From Ginkgo biloba (lineage: Eukaryota > Plantae > Ginkgophyta): DNA of 21,946 nt. The notes beneath the pieces were generated by a model that made no database searches, was not told the origin of the DNA, and saw only the letters and a program-made list of their open reading frames with translations. The number at the start of each line of letters is the position of its first letter. Position 1 is the first letter of the stretch. The stretch is taken from the NCBI GenBank assembly GCA_024626585.2, contig JANKJI020000001.1, forward strand, positions 6,361,615 through 6,383,560. The letters are read 5' to 3'. Below are positions 1-12,447 of the stretch, piece after piece. The position numbers and the translations under genes are program-made.

Positions 1-1104
1 TTTCCAAGAGGATATACTAAATATAACCTAATTATCCTCTCATAAAATTACCTTAAGGTTTTCATGTTATGTATTCTTCATTGTTATTTCTTGTAATTAT
101 TTAGAATAGAAATAAGGAAAAGAGAGAGTTTGGTATATTGTCCAAAGCGTGTGTAAATGTTATTTGTCTTTGATTTATCTTAGATTATTATTTTATGGTG
201 ATAGATATTATAGTATAAATATTATTTAATGCATATAATAACACAAGGATTGTTTGTAGGTTGATTTGATATCTTCACAGGATAGGTACATATGAACATC
301 AAGGTTGGTGTAGCCATCACATAGTGATTGGATTAAAATTCTCATTCTCAACTGAATTGTAGAGTGCATAGTGGAAGTGAGTTGTATTTCCATGGTACCA
401 TGGGTACACTCTCCCTAAGAGCACTAAATAACATGGTAAATTATTGATACATGCGTGTTTATATGGTATTCAAGAAAATTGACAGATAGTAAGTTGTACT
501 GACTGTACAAACTAACTAGACAGACTCATTCCAATAGACAGAGAGTACATAATAAGAAGAAAGAGGATTACCCCCTTGGTTTGGTCAAAATAATTTTTGT
601 TGCATATTGACAATAAATCCTCCAACACCAAGAAGGTACATCAATGTGAATAATAATTAAGATTTTATTATGAAATGTCATGGCATTACCCATATGTTAA
701 AAATGCACATAAATAATTTGTATTTAGAATTGATAAAGGTGTTGATATTTCCTATATATTTTTATTAATTATTTTAATGTCGTAAAATATGTTAGTAATT
801 ATCATACACTTTGTAATAACATTTTTAATTGAAACTATGATGATATTTAAGGTATGGATTGGATATATATAACCATAAAAATAAAGTTATAAATGCCTAC
901 GCATATGTATTTAGGGAATATGAATTAATGTTGAATATATTTATGCATTTGTGTATTATATATAATTAATAAGTTATATTTCTAAGCTCATAGATGTATG
1001 TATAGTTACACAAGTGGATGTATGCTTATACTTGTTATTGACGTACATACATAAATATGTAAATAATGAAAATATTCTTGTCTCTTTATGTGTTTGTATG
1101 CATT

Positions 1105-1285
1105 AATCAATCAACTTAGTATAATTTAGTCAATTCATATTTAGTCACTAAGTATTTACTCAACTTAGTATCACTCGATATATCTTTATACTCAGTATTT
1201 AGTCAACTCACTACAAGTTAATTTGTATGTATTTAGTCAACTTAGTATTCTTATGTATTCAAGTCACCTCAATCAATTTGTACAT
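1105..1285. repeat. Degenerate minisatellite (TATTTAGTCAACTYAG-like units)
   Basis: Repeated tttagtca, caacttagtat and tatttagtcaact motifs at short irregular spacing. Confidence 0.65.
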
Positions 1286-1330
1286 ATTGACTTAATTGAA
1301 TTTAATATACGTAAGAATTAACTAGATTCA

Positions 1331-1386
1331 ATGTATGTATGTGCACACACACATATGTGTGTGTGGATGTATGTATGTATGTATAT
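1331..1386. repeat. (TATG)n/(CA)n/(TG)n compound microsatellite next to an assembly gap
   Basis: atgtatgtatgtgcacacacacatatgtgtgtgtggatgtatgtatgtatgta is read directly. Confidence 0.85.
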
Positions 1387-1499
1387 TCCTACTTTAGTCN
1401 NNNNNNNNNNNNNNNNNNNNNNNNNNNNNNNNNNNNNNNNNNNNNNNNNNNNNNNNNNNNNNNNNNNNNNNNNNNNNNNNNNNNNNNNNNNNNNNNNNN

Positions 1500-2025
1500 T
1501 AAATCTAGTTTAACCTAGATATCAATCCAAGCATCCATCTTATAGGATAAAGGGAGTAGTGGTTTACCTCCTAGCCTATTTTTCAAGTGTTTAACTAGAT
1601 TAAAATTACGCAAGATAATCAAAGGGGAACTAGGAAGAATCATTTCCATCCAATCCCACAATCCAGTCATATCTTAAGGGGGAATTATAAGCATAGACAC
1701 TAATAATACCAAACCTAATGGAGTTAATTTTTATAAAAATATAAACTATTGTATTATTAGGGTGTTTCCCCATTGGAAAATGGATTCCTTTGTCCAATTT
1801 TTATAGCATATCACTACTCCACCACTACCCTCTTATGATTAGTTAACACAAAATTGAGGAAAGCTTGGATATTTTGGATAGCTTTCCTAAGATGGTATCC
1901 TTTAACCTTCATCTCTTGAAGTGTAAGAAGGTAAGGTATGCCAACTATGGATAGTACCACATGTCTAAGCATATCTCTCCTTTGTCGCAATCATAGGCCA
2001 TCCACATTCTGTGAACAACATGAAA
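1500..2025 (-). pseudogene. LINE (L1-type) ORF2 AP-endonuclease remnant
   Basis: Manual minus-strand translation with frameshifts: SQNVDGL (SWNVRGL)...LLTLQEMK...TNH..GSGGVVI...FGIISVYAYNS...LWDWMEMILPSSPLIILRNFNLV (GDFNMV)...RLGG. The APE motifs appear in the correct order. Confidence 0.85.
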
Positions 2026-2049
2026 AATTAATCAATTAACAACAGATTT

Positions 2050-2640
2050 CATTCTTGAAACATCACCATCCTTAAAGGCCGTGATCTCATTAACCTTCCT
2101 ATCCAAAATATCCATTTCCTCATTCACCTTGTAAATACTCTATTTCTTTTACCAAGTTTCCATCCTCCATAATAAGAAACAAGCTATTGATTACTAAAAT
2201 TAATCTCTTATCCATGGGAGAGGTGTGTGTTATATTCTTAAGGATCTTCTTCTTCCCAACTTCAGTCTTACCTTTACCCTTCTTTGAAGGGGAAAGAGGA
2301 GAGAAAATTTCCCTTCTATGCCATCTCTTCTTTAACATTCATAGTTATCTTTGGGGTAAGTTATCATACATTCCTTACCATTCCCACTATAGGTAAATAT
2401 AAACATAATGGAAATCCATCCCATACTTATGAATTTTGGAAAGAGGTGTTACACCTAACCTTATTAGGAGTGGCTAGAGACCTTTTGAATCCCACCTAGT
2501 AAAATTATTTCAACCAACTCCCAAAAAGAGGATAAAATTATCAAAATCACTACTCAAGAACCTCTTGAAGATTCTTCCATTCCTTCCCTTTCAACCTATT
2601 CCCTATTGATAGTGTTCCCTTAGGGATAAAAATGTCTTCC
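2050..2640 (-). mobile_element. Possible C-terminal remnant of LINE ORF1 upstream of the endonuclease
   Basis: Purine-rich, K/S/P-rich minus-strand reading (SPLSPSKKGKGK, ORF 2120-2338) directly upstream of the EN domain. Supported by position only; no diagnostic motif. Confidence 0.35.
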
Positions 2641-4099
2641 CCTAACTTAATCAATTGTTATTTTAATTGAAGTGTTTCCCTTTTATAAAGGAAATATATT
2701 TTTACATTGCCCATTTTAATGTCAAATTAGAGACTTCAACCTTCTCTAAGTGAAGGTTTATTATTAATCTTTAGTTTCCATGTTTAGAACCAACACATTG
2801 CTTATTAATGAATAATAGTAACTAACTAATTCAACAAATAATACAATGATAAATCTTAATAAATGTTGACCTAGTTTGTAAATTTTATTTTATCCAAGCA
2901 TTATAGCTTTGTTCCTTACATCACTAGCACATATATTATTTCCTATATTCCCTTTTTGAAACAAAAATAAGGGCATGTTGTATCATAGACATTTCTCCAA
3001 ATATTTTAACACATTAGTAAAACTAAATACTATTATGAAATCACTTTACAATCTATAATTCAATTTGTTTGTTTACAATAATTTGAATTTACATACAAAG
3101 GATAATGGTATAGTAAACTCCATAAATTTGACGTAGTTGATAGTTTTCTATAATAATATTATAAGGAAGAGTAGAATCATGTCTTATTAGTAGTTGATTT
3201 AAAGCTCAAATAATACCTATACATACTTAGCACAAAAATAAATTTAAGAAATTTATAATAATATAGTATAAGGATGGGTAGAATCCTTAGTTATCATGAA
3301 TATATTAAAATACATATCAAAGCCAATAACAACAACTTCTAAGAAAACATGAAAGCATAAGGCCTAATATTATAAACAAATAAAGAAAGTAACAAACATA
3401 TGACGCATTAGCTTCTACCAATATTATAAATAAATTAATTTTCAAATAATTTTAGAGTATTTAAAATTTATATAAGTTAAAAAAATTTCAAAGTTTTACT
3501 TAATAGGGAAAAAACTATTGACACTTATATTATCAAATATAAAAAAATTTTACTTGTCATAAATGACAAATGGAAACAAACTTATGAATTTATTTTGAAG
3601 GCTAATTTAATAATTAACATTCTATGACAAGTGAAATGTCCTTTAAAGGGCATTACATGTTGAAAAATTGATCCTTACTTCTTATACTTTTAATTGCATG
3701 GATATAGAAATGCATTGAACAATATCTCTCTATCTTACCTCCATTGTTGTTTTCCAATGAGAACGTAGCCAATAATAATGCAACACAACAACAAGGCTTC
3801 AGTTTCATCTCAATGCTTCTTTGAAAAATACAAAATTACAATTTTAAATATCATTTAAAGGAGGATGCCAAAATTATATAATATGCAATTTCTCAAACTT
3901 TTTAAAATAAAAATCAATCTGTAATAAGTTTATCCCCTTGGTTTCATTATATTCCCACCAAGTTATTGGTCTAGTATTAATGTAATTCCTTTTTACATAC
4001 TTATAGATGCATACTATGAGCACACTATTATTAACATTTTTATTTTCTTAAATATAAATATATTTTATGTGTAGGGAGGCTATAAAGTCTATATTACAT

Positions 4100-4352
4100 T
4101 TTTATTGCCCTTTTTTGCACCCTTGTATTTTCCTTTTCCATTTATGTAAATATATCCTCTATTTCTTATCTATCATTGAGCTTTGTACCCTTACAACTAT
4201 TTATTGGATCTCATGAGTGAATCCATTTATTTTCACTCCACACTCCTTATCTTATGCATCATTGTTATTAAATTCTATGGTTATTTAATATGTTCTCCTC
4301 ATTACACCATGTTATCTTACCAAATAGGATTTTTATATTCTTTTTACCACAT
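4100..4352 (+). repeat. Copy of dispersed LTR-like repeat family (segment A)
   Basis: Aligns by eye with 7315-7565. Shared anchors: tccttatcttatg (4244-4256 vs 7457-7469), ctatggttat, cctcattaYaccatg. Confidence 0.7.
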
Positions 4353-4452
4353 NNNNNNNNNNNNNNNNNNNNNNNNNNNNNNNNNNNNNNNNNNNNNNNN
4401 NNNNNNNNNNNNNNNNNNNNNNNNNNNNNNNNNNNNNNNNNNNNNNNNNNNN

Positions 4453-5478
4453 CTATTCTAAGTGTTCATCCTCATTTTTATAAAATTTCTAAATTGTTAT
4501 GTTTTTTGTGTTTTTTTTCATTTGAGGGATTTACCAATGACGCTATGTAGCAGTTTCCATGCTAAATTTTATCTTTGACCTATGTCTGAGTGTTTCTCAA
4601 TCCATGACCTCTCCTTTGCATATCTTTGGATCTATAGTATATAATAGATAAAATTCATGGTATGGTGGATCATGTTAATTCTCTTGACATCTATATACTA
4701 CATTCTGTGATTCTTTTATTTTGGAATTTTTTATTTTTCAAGTTATGAGCAACAATGTTTTTATATCACATGGCATCAGCCCATGTTTATGGGTTCTCTA
4801 CTCTAAATAGTATTTTATATTTTTGTTCTTTATTTATAGCCTATCACCAATCATGTTGTTCTTCAACATTTATAGCTTCAAATCTTATTTCTTTATTTTT
4901 TCTCAACGTTAAAGTCTTCCATCGTCATTTCTTTCTTCAAATACGACTAGGGTTATATTTATTGACTACCTAAGTTCTTTACACAAAGGATGTAACTTAT
5001 CTATGAATCCAAATAGTATTCTCAAGGATCTAAAATATTTATTCACTAGAGGCACTCTTACTGCAACTATAACTCTGGATTGTAGTAATCTTTCTCCAGA
5101 TTCAACAATCATGTTTAAGCATTTGTTTGAATGGTGTAGTAGTTACTTCTTGAAAATAACCCAACAAAAAAAAATTGTCAATAGATCAAAATAAATAACA
5201 AAATATTTATAGGCAAGTTTTCAAACTTTATTTGATACCATTCAAATATTTAAGATGCACACATAACTTAGAGTTTCAACATGAAAACCTCAACTTTGAT
5301 ATTGATAACATAACATGGAGAGAATATATCTAACACAATAATAACTCTATTATATTTCTCAATATATATTTTAATACAATCAACCTCTATTTATAAATAT
5401 AGAGGTCATAACTACTAACCACTGACCATAACCTCAACCATCTGACTGTTTACAACATATGAAAAATATGACTCTTAA
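4453..5478 (-). mobile_element. Putative decayed LTR retrotransposon 5' end: LTR remnant, PBS-like site and gag-like region
   Basis: Minus-strand TATAAATAGAGG near 5384-5395, TGGTATCAAA (tRNA-iMet-type PBS core) at 5231-5240, and a downstream purine-rich stop-riddled reading with a gag-like VENP*TWADAM. The LTR terminal CA is not preserved. Confidence 0.4.
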
Positions 5479-6279
5479 NNNNNNNNNNNNNNNNNNNNNN
5501 NNNNNNNNNNNNNNNNNNNNNNNNNNNNNNNNNNNNNNNNNNNNNNNNNNNNNNNNNNNNNNNNNNNNNNNNNNNNNNAAGTAGAGTAGGTGGATGTAGG
5601 TAGAAGAATAAGAATAAAGAACTAGGTATTGGGTATGTAGAAAATCCCTTATGTTATTCATTCATTTATGAGGTTAATAAGGCATGTTATAGACAAATAA
5701 TACTATATCTATCAAGGTCATTCTTAAAAATTAATACAATAGTTTACTATAAGACATGTTAGTTAGAGATATGTTTCTATGTTAGGTAGTGTTTATGATA
5801 AAAATCACCCCTATAATATATGGAAATGAGTTGAAGTAATTAATGGTATTAACACTAGAGACACTTTTTGTGTGTGATGGGAGATGAATCCTTATGTAGT
5901 GAGATATCTCTTTGATTTCTCTCATTCCCTTGGGGAACTCAAATCAAAGTCCTAGATAGATGAAAAACCTTTAGTGTGACAACACAAAGAGAACTAAGAG
6001 TAATGTATGAGGGAATATAATCACAAAAATAAGATTCCATACATTGATAAGATAAAGGACATGCACATATATTGAGATAATACAAAGAGAGAGAGATTCA
6101 ATAACATATAAAAGATATATTAATATGAAAAATAGTAAGGTGGTACAAACTAGAATATACATGGCAATAAAGGATTAGTACCCTATATGAATACAATCCT
6201 TCTCCCCTCTATCTTTCTAATAACCTACTCCCACGCATGATGGATATGATAGTGCCTCAATAATGTGACAAAAATTCAA

Positions 6280-6545
6280 TAGAGTTTTGCATTATGATTT
6301 ATAGCATGAATGGATTAATTCTTATCAACACTATATAATTATAATTGATAGATAATACACATGATAAAATAAAATGAAATAATATAATAAAATATTTCCC
6401 ATGATTTTTGGGATTGGATTCAAGAGGTATGTATATGATAAATGAGGCCTCATGACCTAAATAATGGAATGTAAGCATATAATATCATCTTATGAAAAGA
6501 CATGAGCATATGTGTACACATGGATGATTGATGCAATACTATATC
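6280..6545 (-). repeat. Inverted copy of dispersed LTR-like repeat (segment B)
   Basis: Reverse complement aligns with 7600-7850. Anchor ggcctcatgac (6446-6456) is the reverse complement of gtcatgaggcc (7684-7694); atttcattttattt and catgctata are also shared. Confidence 0.75.
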
Positions 6546-6566
6546 TATGAAATGAATGAAGATGAG

Positions 6567-6749
6567 TTTTATCACCCTTTTATGCACCTCTAAAATTTCC
6601 TTCCAAGTCACATTCATTGATATTTCTACCATTTCAACCATTTGTTGCAACTTGTGATTGTACCAATTCATTTCCACTTTATGGTCCTTAGCTTATTTAC
6701 TCATGTCAATTATTCCTATGGTTACCTTGATCATGGTCCTTATATCACC
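6567..6749 (+). repeat. Direct copy of dispersed LTR-like repeat (segment A)
   Basis: 20-bp identity tttctaccatttcaaccatt (6623-6642 vs 7395-7414), plus ttcatttcca and ttcctatggtta anchors. Confidence 0.8.
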
Positions 6750-7314
6750 NNNNNNNNNNNNNNNNNNNNNNNNNNNNNNNNNNNNNNNNNNNNNNNNNNN
6801 NNNNNNNNNNNNNNNNNNNNNNNNNNNNNNNNNNNNNNNNNNNNNNNNNTTATAAAAAGGCATCACATGAAAACAGTCACTACATTGATTTTGAATTTTT
6901 AATATTAATTGCATTATTTTGGAAAACTAGTTTTTTTAGATAATGAATTATATGTAATTTTATTTTTATGCATATTAAATTATTAGGGATCTCATTATCT
7001 AAGGGAGAGAGGGGGGTAAGATACGAGGTTAATTATTTAGGGTGCATTTAGGCCAAGAAATACCTTTTGAGGAATTATGGGCTCGTTAAGTTCTATTGAG
7101 CCCCTAGATTGAACACCCATATATTGAGTACCATTATTTATATTTGGAGTTACATGTGGGAGTGTGTTTATTATTGGGACTAATTCTTGTAAGTTACTTA
7201 AAAGAATATTCATTTTATCATTAGCCTATTACAAAGTGATTAGTTTATGTCATTTTAATGGGACTTACATAAGGGTTTGTATAAACATGTTATTTCTTAG
7301 AGGGTATGTGGTAG

Positions 7315-7895
7315 TGTTATCACCATTTTTTACACCTCCAAATTTTCATTTCCAATTGTACAAATCATATTGTTGTTTCTTATATTTATTGATTTTTCTA
7401 CCATTTCAACCATTCCTTGAAATTCATGAGTGCAACAGTTCATTTCCATTTCATGATCCTTATCTTATGAACTCATGACATTTTTTCCTATGGTTATCTC
7501 AATTATATTCCTCATTATACCATGGCCATTTTTCCACACATTATTTTTTTATACCTTTAACCATTTAACCATAATTGCATTGCCTCACATATTACACATA
7601 GTCTTATGTCAACAATCCATGTTCACTCATAAGCATGACCTCGTGTAATTCAACATCATATGATTACCTCCTATAATTTCAATGTCATGAGGCCCCATAT
7701 ATCATTATAAATATATTTTGAGACTAGAATAAAAATGTATAGGGAATATTTCATTTTATTTCGAGGAAGTGTATCATTCACCAACTATAATCATGGATTA
7801 TTAATAAGACTTATTACTTACATGCTATATAGTATAAGATGAGACTCTACTATATTTATATTATAATAAGGACTCATCCCCCATCACACACAATA
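7315..7895 (+). repeat. Longest copy (A+B) of dispersed LTR-like repeat family
   Basis: Non-coding; homologous to 4100-4352(+), 6567-6749(+), 6280-6545(-) and about 5865-5895(-). LTR identity is an inference. Confidence 0.7.
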
Positions 7896-8291
7896 ATTTT
7901 TATCTATGTTTATACCAATAATTACTTCATCCTTCGGGTTATTTTTGTCATAAATATAACTAGTGATCATACTATATCATTCCTAGTTTATTTTTTATAT
8001 TATATCCGTTATTCCATAGTTTTTCCATTTGTTATAGAAATATTTTCAATTCATCTTTCACTTTGTGGTTCCAAATATACTATTTACATTTTTTTTTTTA
8101 GGTTTAGTCAATTATTGGTTGTAATTATTTTCTAAATTTTCTATTTCAAAGGCGATGTAGTTTTGTCCTTGTCATGTCTTGATTTTTCCTCNNNNNNNNN
8201 NNNNNNNNNNNNNNNNNNNNNNNNNNNNNNNNNNNNNNNNNNNNNNNNNNNNNNNNNNNNNNNNNNNNNNNNNNNNNNNNNNNNNNNNNNN

Positions 8292-9318
8292 TCCATGATG
8301 CATCAAATGATAAATCAATATTTCATGTGTATAATAGGGATATTCTTCCATGTGAGATTTTTGCTAAGGTGGGAATATTCCCCCATGCACTTGATGTATT
8401 TAAAGAGGGAAATCTCATGAATATTAGTGAGACTCGCCCCATCACCATTTCCATAACTAACACTCTTGAAGAAATTTTTATTGGAGCCGAATATACTCCC
8501 CATGAGGAAATTCAATTTAAATCTCTCTGTCAAGAATACCATGACATCTTTGCTTGGTCTTATAATGAATTGCTAGGGATGGATCCCAATTTTATCTCTC
8601 ACCATATAGATACCTATTCCAAATTTATAATTCACCAAAAATAATGTCCCATAAAACCTAAATTAGATGAAGTTATTAAGAAATAAGTTAAAAAACTTCT
8701 TGATGATATGTTCCTTTTCCCTATCACATATATTAAATGGATAGCTAACATTGTGCCCATGATAAAGAAAAATAGATCCATCAAAATCGATGTTAATCTT
8801 ATATATCTCAATAGCGCCTCTCCTAAATATAACCATCCAACACCATTCATCAATGATATTATAGATTCCATGGTTGGGAACGAATTTATTTCCTTAATGG
8901 ATGGATTTTCAAGCTACAATCAAATTCTTATATTTGATCAAGATCATATCAAGACTGTATCTACTACTCCTTGGGGTACTTTCACCTATCATGTTATGCC
9001 TTTTTTATTAATAAACTTTGGTGCCCCTTATCAAAATGCTATGATAAGGTATTTTAATGATATGTTGAACATGCATGCCAATGCTTACCTTGATAATTTG
9101 AATGTTAAATATTTTAAATGTCAATATTATTTTGATGGTTTACATATTATATTTGAACATTATCATATGCACTAAATTAGGCTTAATCCATATAAGTGAA
9201 TTTTGGGTGTACATTCTTTATGCCTTTTAGGCTATATTATTTATGACCAGGGAATACATATAAATTCCACCAAAATTATGTCTATTGTGGATATGGATCA
9301 CCTAAAAATTTGAAGCAA
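8292..9318 (+). pseudogene. Ty3/gypsy (Tat-like) reverse transcriptase remnant
   Basis: One frame with stops: EGNLMNISETRPI...DIFAWSYNELLGMDP...WIANIVPMIKKN...MDGFSSYNQI...TPWGTFTYHVMPF...YLDN (YxDD with D>N, 9086-9097)...IRLNPYK*...LLGYII. Confidence 0.95.
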
Positions 9319-9418
9319 NNNNNNNNNNNNNNNNNNNNNNNNNNNNNNNNNNNNNNNNNNNNNNNNNNNNNNNNNNNNNNNNNNNNNNNNNNNNNNNNNN
9401 NNNNNNNNNNNNNNNNNN

Positions 9419-10022
9419 GAGATAACAGATGCATAGTAAATCCCTACTCTAATTAAGTTGCATAGACATCACAAGTATATTATGTTCACATACATAACAC
9501 TATACACAATCATCTAGAAAACCATCCAAATCTTTATATTAATGATTAAGTAGAAATACATATAGCTATTATATTATAGTATAACATAACCATCACCCCC
9601 TCATAATTAACCTATGAGATCTATATATACAAAGTGCAAATGGTTACATAATTATCGTAGTATTTACAAAATTCATAGACTTGTGTCGGATGTCTTTCTC
9701 TAATTCAGCGAGATGTTGTCATTCTATTGCATCTGGATTTGTTCCAAAATTTGTCGGTGGTATAAATCATGTCAATGTGCTTGGATGCTTCTCCCATGTT
9801 GGTGTTGGGTCACTCTTTTCTAACCCTCATCAATGGTTTCTCCTTTGTCGATATCGAGTCCTTTTTTCCCTGATGCTCATCGGTAGGTATCCCTTTGTTA
9901 GCGTTGGTTCTTCTCTTTTTGACACTCATCATTGTCCCTCCTATGTTGGCATCGATCAAGATAATATTTCACATGCGTTGATCAAGATAATATCCAACAT
10001 GCATCGACCTCTTCATCCAACA
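9419..10022 (-). mobile_element. Younger LTR (5' terminus TG at 10022) inserted into a protease remnant
   Basis: Minus strand starts TGTTGGATGAAGAGG, carries U3-like tandem subrepeats and a TATA-like tatatatag at about 9621-9629, and retains more CpG than its flanks. The other end is lost in a gap. Confidence 0.6.
9794..10007. repeat. About 49-bp degenerate tandem repeat (3 full units plus a partial) followed by a 26-bp tandem duplication
   Basis: Unit starts near 9794, 9842, 9892 and 9940, with ctcatc at 9826, 9876 and 9925. gatcaagataatat occurs at 9954 and 9980. Confidence 0.8.
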
Positions 10023-11031
10023 CCTGTACATGTAAAATATGAGAACTAGTATTAATATGTGAAAATCCTAATTATTTAAAGGTAGAGTGGGACATAATAG
10101 AGATGTTTGACCCTTAATTGACTATACATCACCATACTTTATGATGGATAATATGAACCATAATATTGAAAGGTTTGGAAGTAGTAGTCTCTTTAGAAAG
10201 AGTGGATTACTTAAATACTACTAGTTTGTTTATTAGAGTGTCCATTACCCATAAGAGATTTAAGAGTTATGCTCTTTGAGTTGTAGATGTTTGTAAAATC
10301 TCTAAGAGGTATATTAAGAATGAAGCTTAAAATATTTTTCACTAATGTAAAATGTGTCAATAAATTATTTATGGGTAGTCTTAGTCCCTTACAATTTTTC
10401 CAGTGGTCAAGGAATCTACAAAGGATAACTAAACTTGTTCACATTGGATTTAAGGGCATTCTTCTATTGATTTTATTCATATATATATCTAGTGATAATC
10501 ATAACTTTATCATCAACTTCAACCTGCATAATGTCAATAGAAGATGATGGGTCAAGCTTAGGCGGAATATTATTAGTAGTAAACCCTTAGTTTGTTGGAG
10601 GAAAAATAAGTACTCATGCCAAGGGGAAATAATTATTAAAGGTGTAATAGATACTTGGGGTTCATATACATTCTCCCTAATTTAAAGAAATGGATGTGTT
10701 AATAAATATTCTTATGTTCAATTTAGAGTAAAGCTATGCTCTTTCAAGTATGTTAAATATTTGGCCCAAGAGAGACACTCTTATTGATTATGGGTACATG
10801 ATTTTTAATATTCACATCACAATTGGGATTGACTTGAATTGTATTGATTTTGGTTTCAAGTTTGATTTTATTGTTGGCTTTGTTGTGGATGTCTTTTCCC
10901 CTATTTTGATAATGTTTTCTACCAAAATTAGGCCTAGGTCAATTCCTCCTATTCTAGTCTTGATTTAGGGGATTTTTGTTAAAATATTGAATATCACAAA
11001 ATGGATTTCAAAGTTGTATTCTTCAATTATG
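10023..11031 (-). pseudogene. Ty3/gypsy gag (zinc knuckle) and aspartic protease remnant
   Basis: Minus strand: CEY*KSCTHNQ*EC (CX2CX4HX4C spacing, 10775-10816), LEILQTSTTQRA*LL linker, then PFNIMVHII..VW*CIVN*GSNISIMSHSTFK*LG (decayed CIVDEGAS..IMS protease motif). Confidence 0.8.
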
Positions 11032-11131
11032 NNNNNNNNNNNNNNNNNNNNNNNNNNNNNNNNNNNNNNNNNNNNNNNNNNNNNNNNNNNNNNNNNNNNN
11101 NNNNNNNNNNNNNNNNNNNNNNNNNNNNNNN

Positions 11132-12347
11132 CCCATTAGGAACTTACCTTATTAGGACGACACTAACACATAAATCCATTTTCTCTATCCTTTCTTCATT
11201 ACCTTTAGAAGTAAATTCCTTAAATAATAGAAGTTATGAAATGCCTCTAAAAAATATTTAGAAGCAATGACAACCATGTCATCTTACTTAAGTTCCACAA
11301 TATTATATCTTGTATATTTATCTTTTAAATACTAAAAGAAATATTTAGACCCCTATCCCCTACTCTAAATGTTTTAACCTTGATCTATTCTAATTTCCTC
11401 CCTAATTAGGATTTATATTAGAGAGGGTAAATAATTCTTATGGCATCACATCAAAAGNNNNNNNNNNNNNNNNNNNNNNNNNNNNNNNNNNNNNNNNNNN
11501 NNNNNNNNNNNNNNATTAGTCACTTATTTACAAAATATACTTTAAAAATCCACCACTTTTTTCTCTGCAAGATCTTAACACAAAATATGACTAACATTCC
11601 CATTTCACATAGAAAATAGATTTTTTAAACAAGTAATAGCTTCCTTATAGGCATAGATTTCTAGTAAAGAAACATGCATCTTAAATAAGAGTGAGATATT
11701 TTTTGTCCCAAGTCCCTCCCTTTAATNNNNNNNNNNNNNNNNNNNNNNNNNNNNAAATGGCCAAAGATAAAATAAGGTAAAACTTGAATAAGATGGTTAT
11801 TTATTACATTCATATTTTCAAAAAAATGTAGAATATATCTATCCTTTTCATAACTCTCTTCCTTCCCTTTTTTTGTATTATTCAAAGTAAACTAGGGGAA
11901 ATATTTAGGAGCTAGTTTATTCCATATGGTATCTTTAATTCATAACTTCAACTCACACTATAACCAAGTAAACTTTTCTCTATTATTCTAGTTAAAGATA
12001 AAATATATTTTTATCTTTTTGGATCTCTATCATGTTCATACATAATGATCTCGGGAGTATAGATTCAAAATTCACTTCCATATAATTCCATAATTTTATC
12101 CTAACATCAATATAATTTAGCACATAAATAAAGGCCACCCCAAAAACATTGGCTTCATCTATTATTTTCACCTAAACTATCATATTACAAGGATTAACTC
12201 ATCTTCTTAACAACATTCCTTCGCATAAAATATCAACCAACAACATAAATCCACCTCTACCATCGTCATGATTTGTAAATATACAATTTAAATCCATCCT
12301 AATGTAATATGGTGCTCTCTATAGTTTATCATTTATTAACATGACCT
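11132..12347 (-). pseudogene. Second LINE (L1-type) ORF2 remnant: endonuclease plus EN-RT linker
   Basis: FTNHDDGRGGFMLLV...NPCNMIV*...FGVAFIYVLN...RIKLWNY...NMIEIQKDK...FTLNN...RIDIFY, then GDRG.KYFF...AFHNFY linker motifs, spanning two sized gaps. Confidence 0.85.
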
Positions 12348-12447
12348 NNNNNNNNNNNNNNNNNNNNNNNNNNNNNNNNNNNNNNNNNNNNNNNNNNNNN
12401 NNNNNNNNNNNNNNNNNNNNNNNNNNNNNNNNNNNNNNNNNNNNNNN

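Noticed and set aside
390-440. 14-bp palindrome ccatggtaccatgg and nearby AACA-TGGTA LTR/PBS-like junction
   Set aside because: Isolated and short, and the PBS match ends after 5 nt.
2890-2935. Minus-strand C**CKEQSYNAW as a LINE ORF1 zinc knuckle
   Set aside because: His and the final Cys are missing; too degenerate to support.
9794-9950. Regularly spaced repeats as a CRISPR-like array
   Set aside because: Whole units are homologous with no unique spacers, the context is eukaryotic, and there are no cas genes.
9681-10049. 122-aa plus-strand ORF
   Set aside because: Runs through LTR tandem subrepeats and has no protein features.
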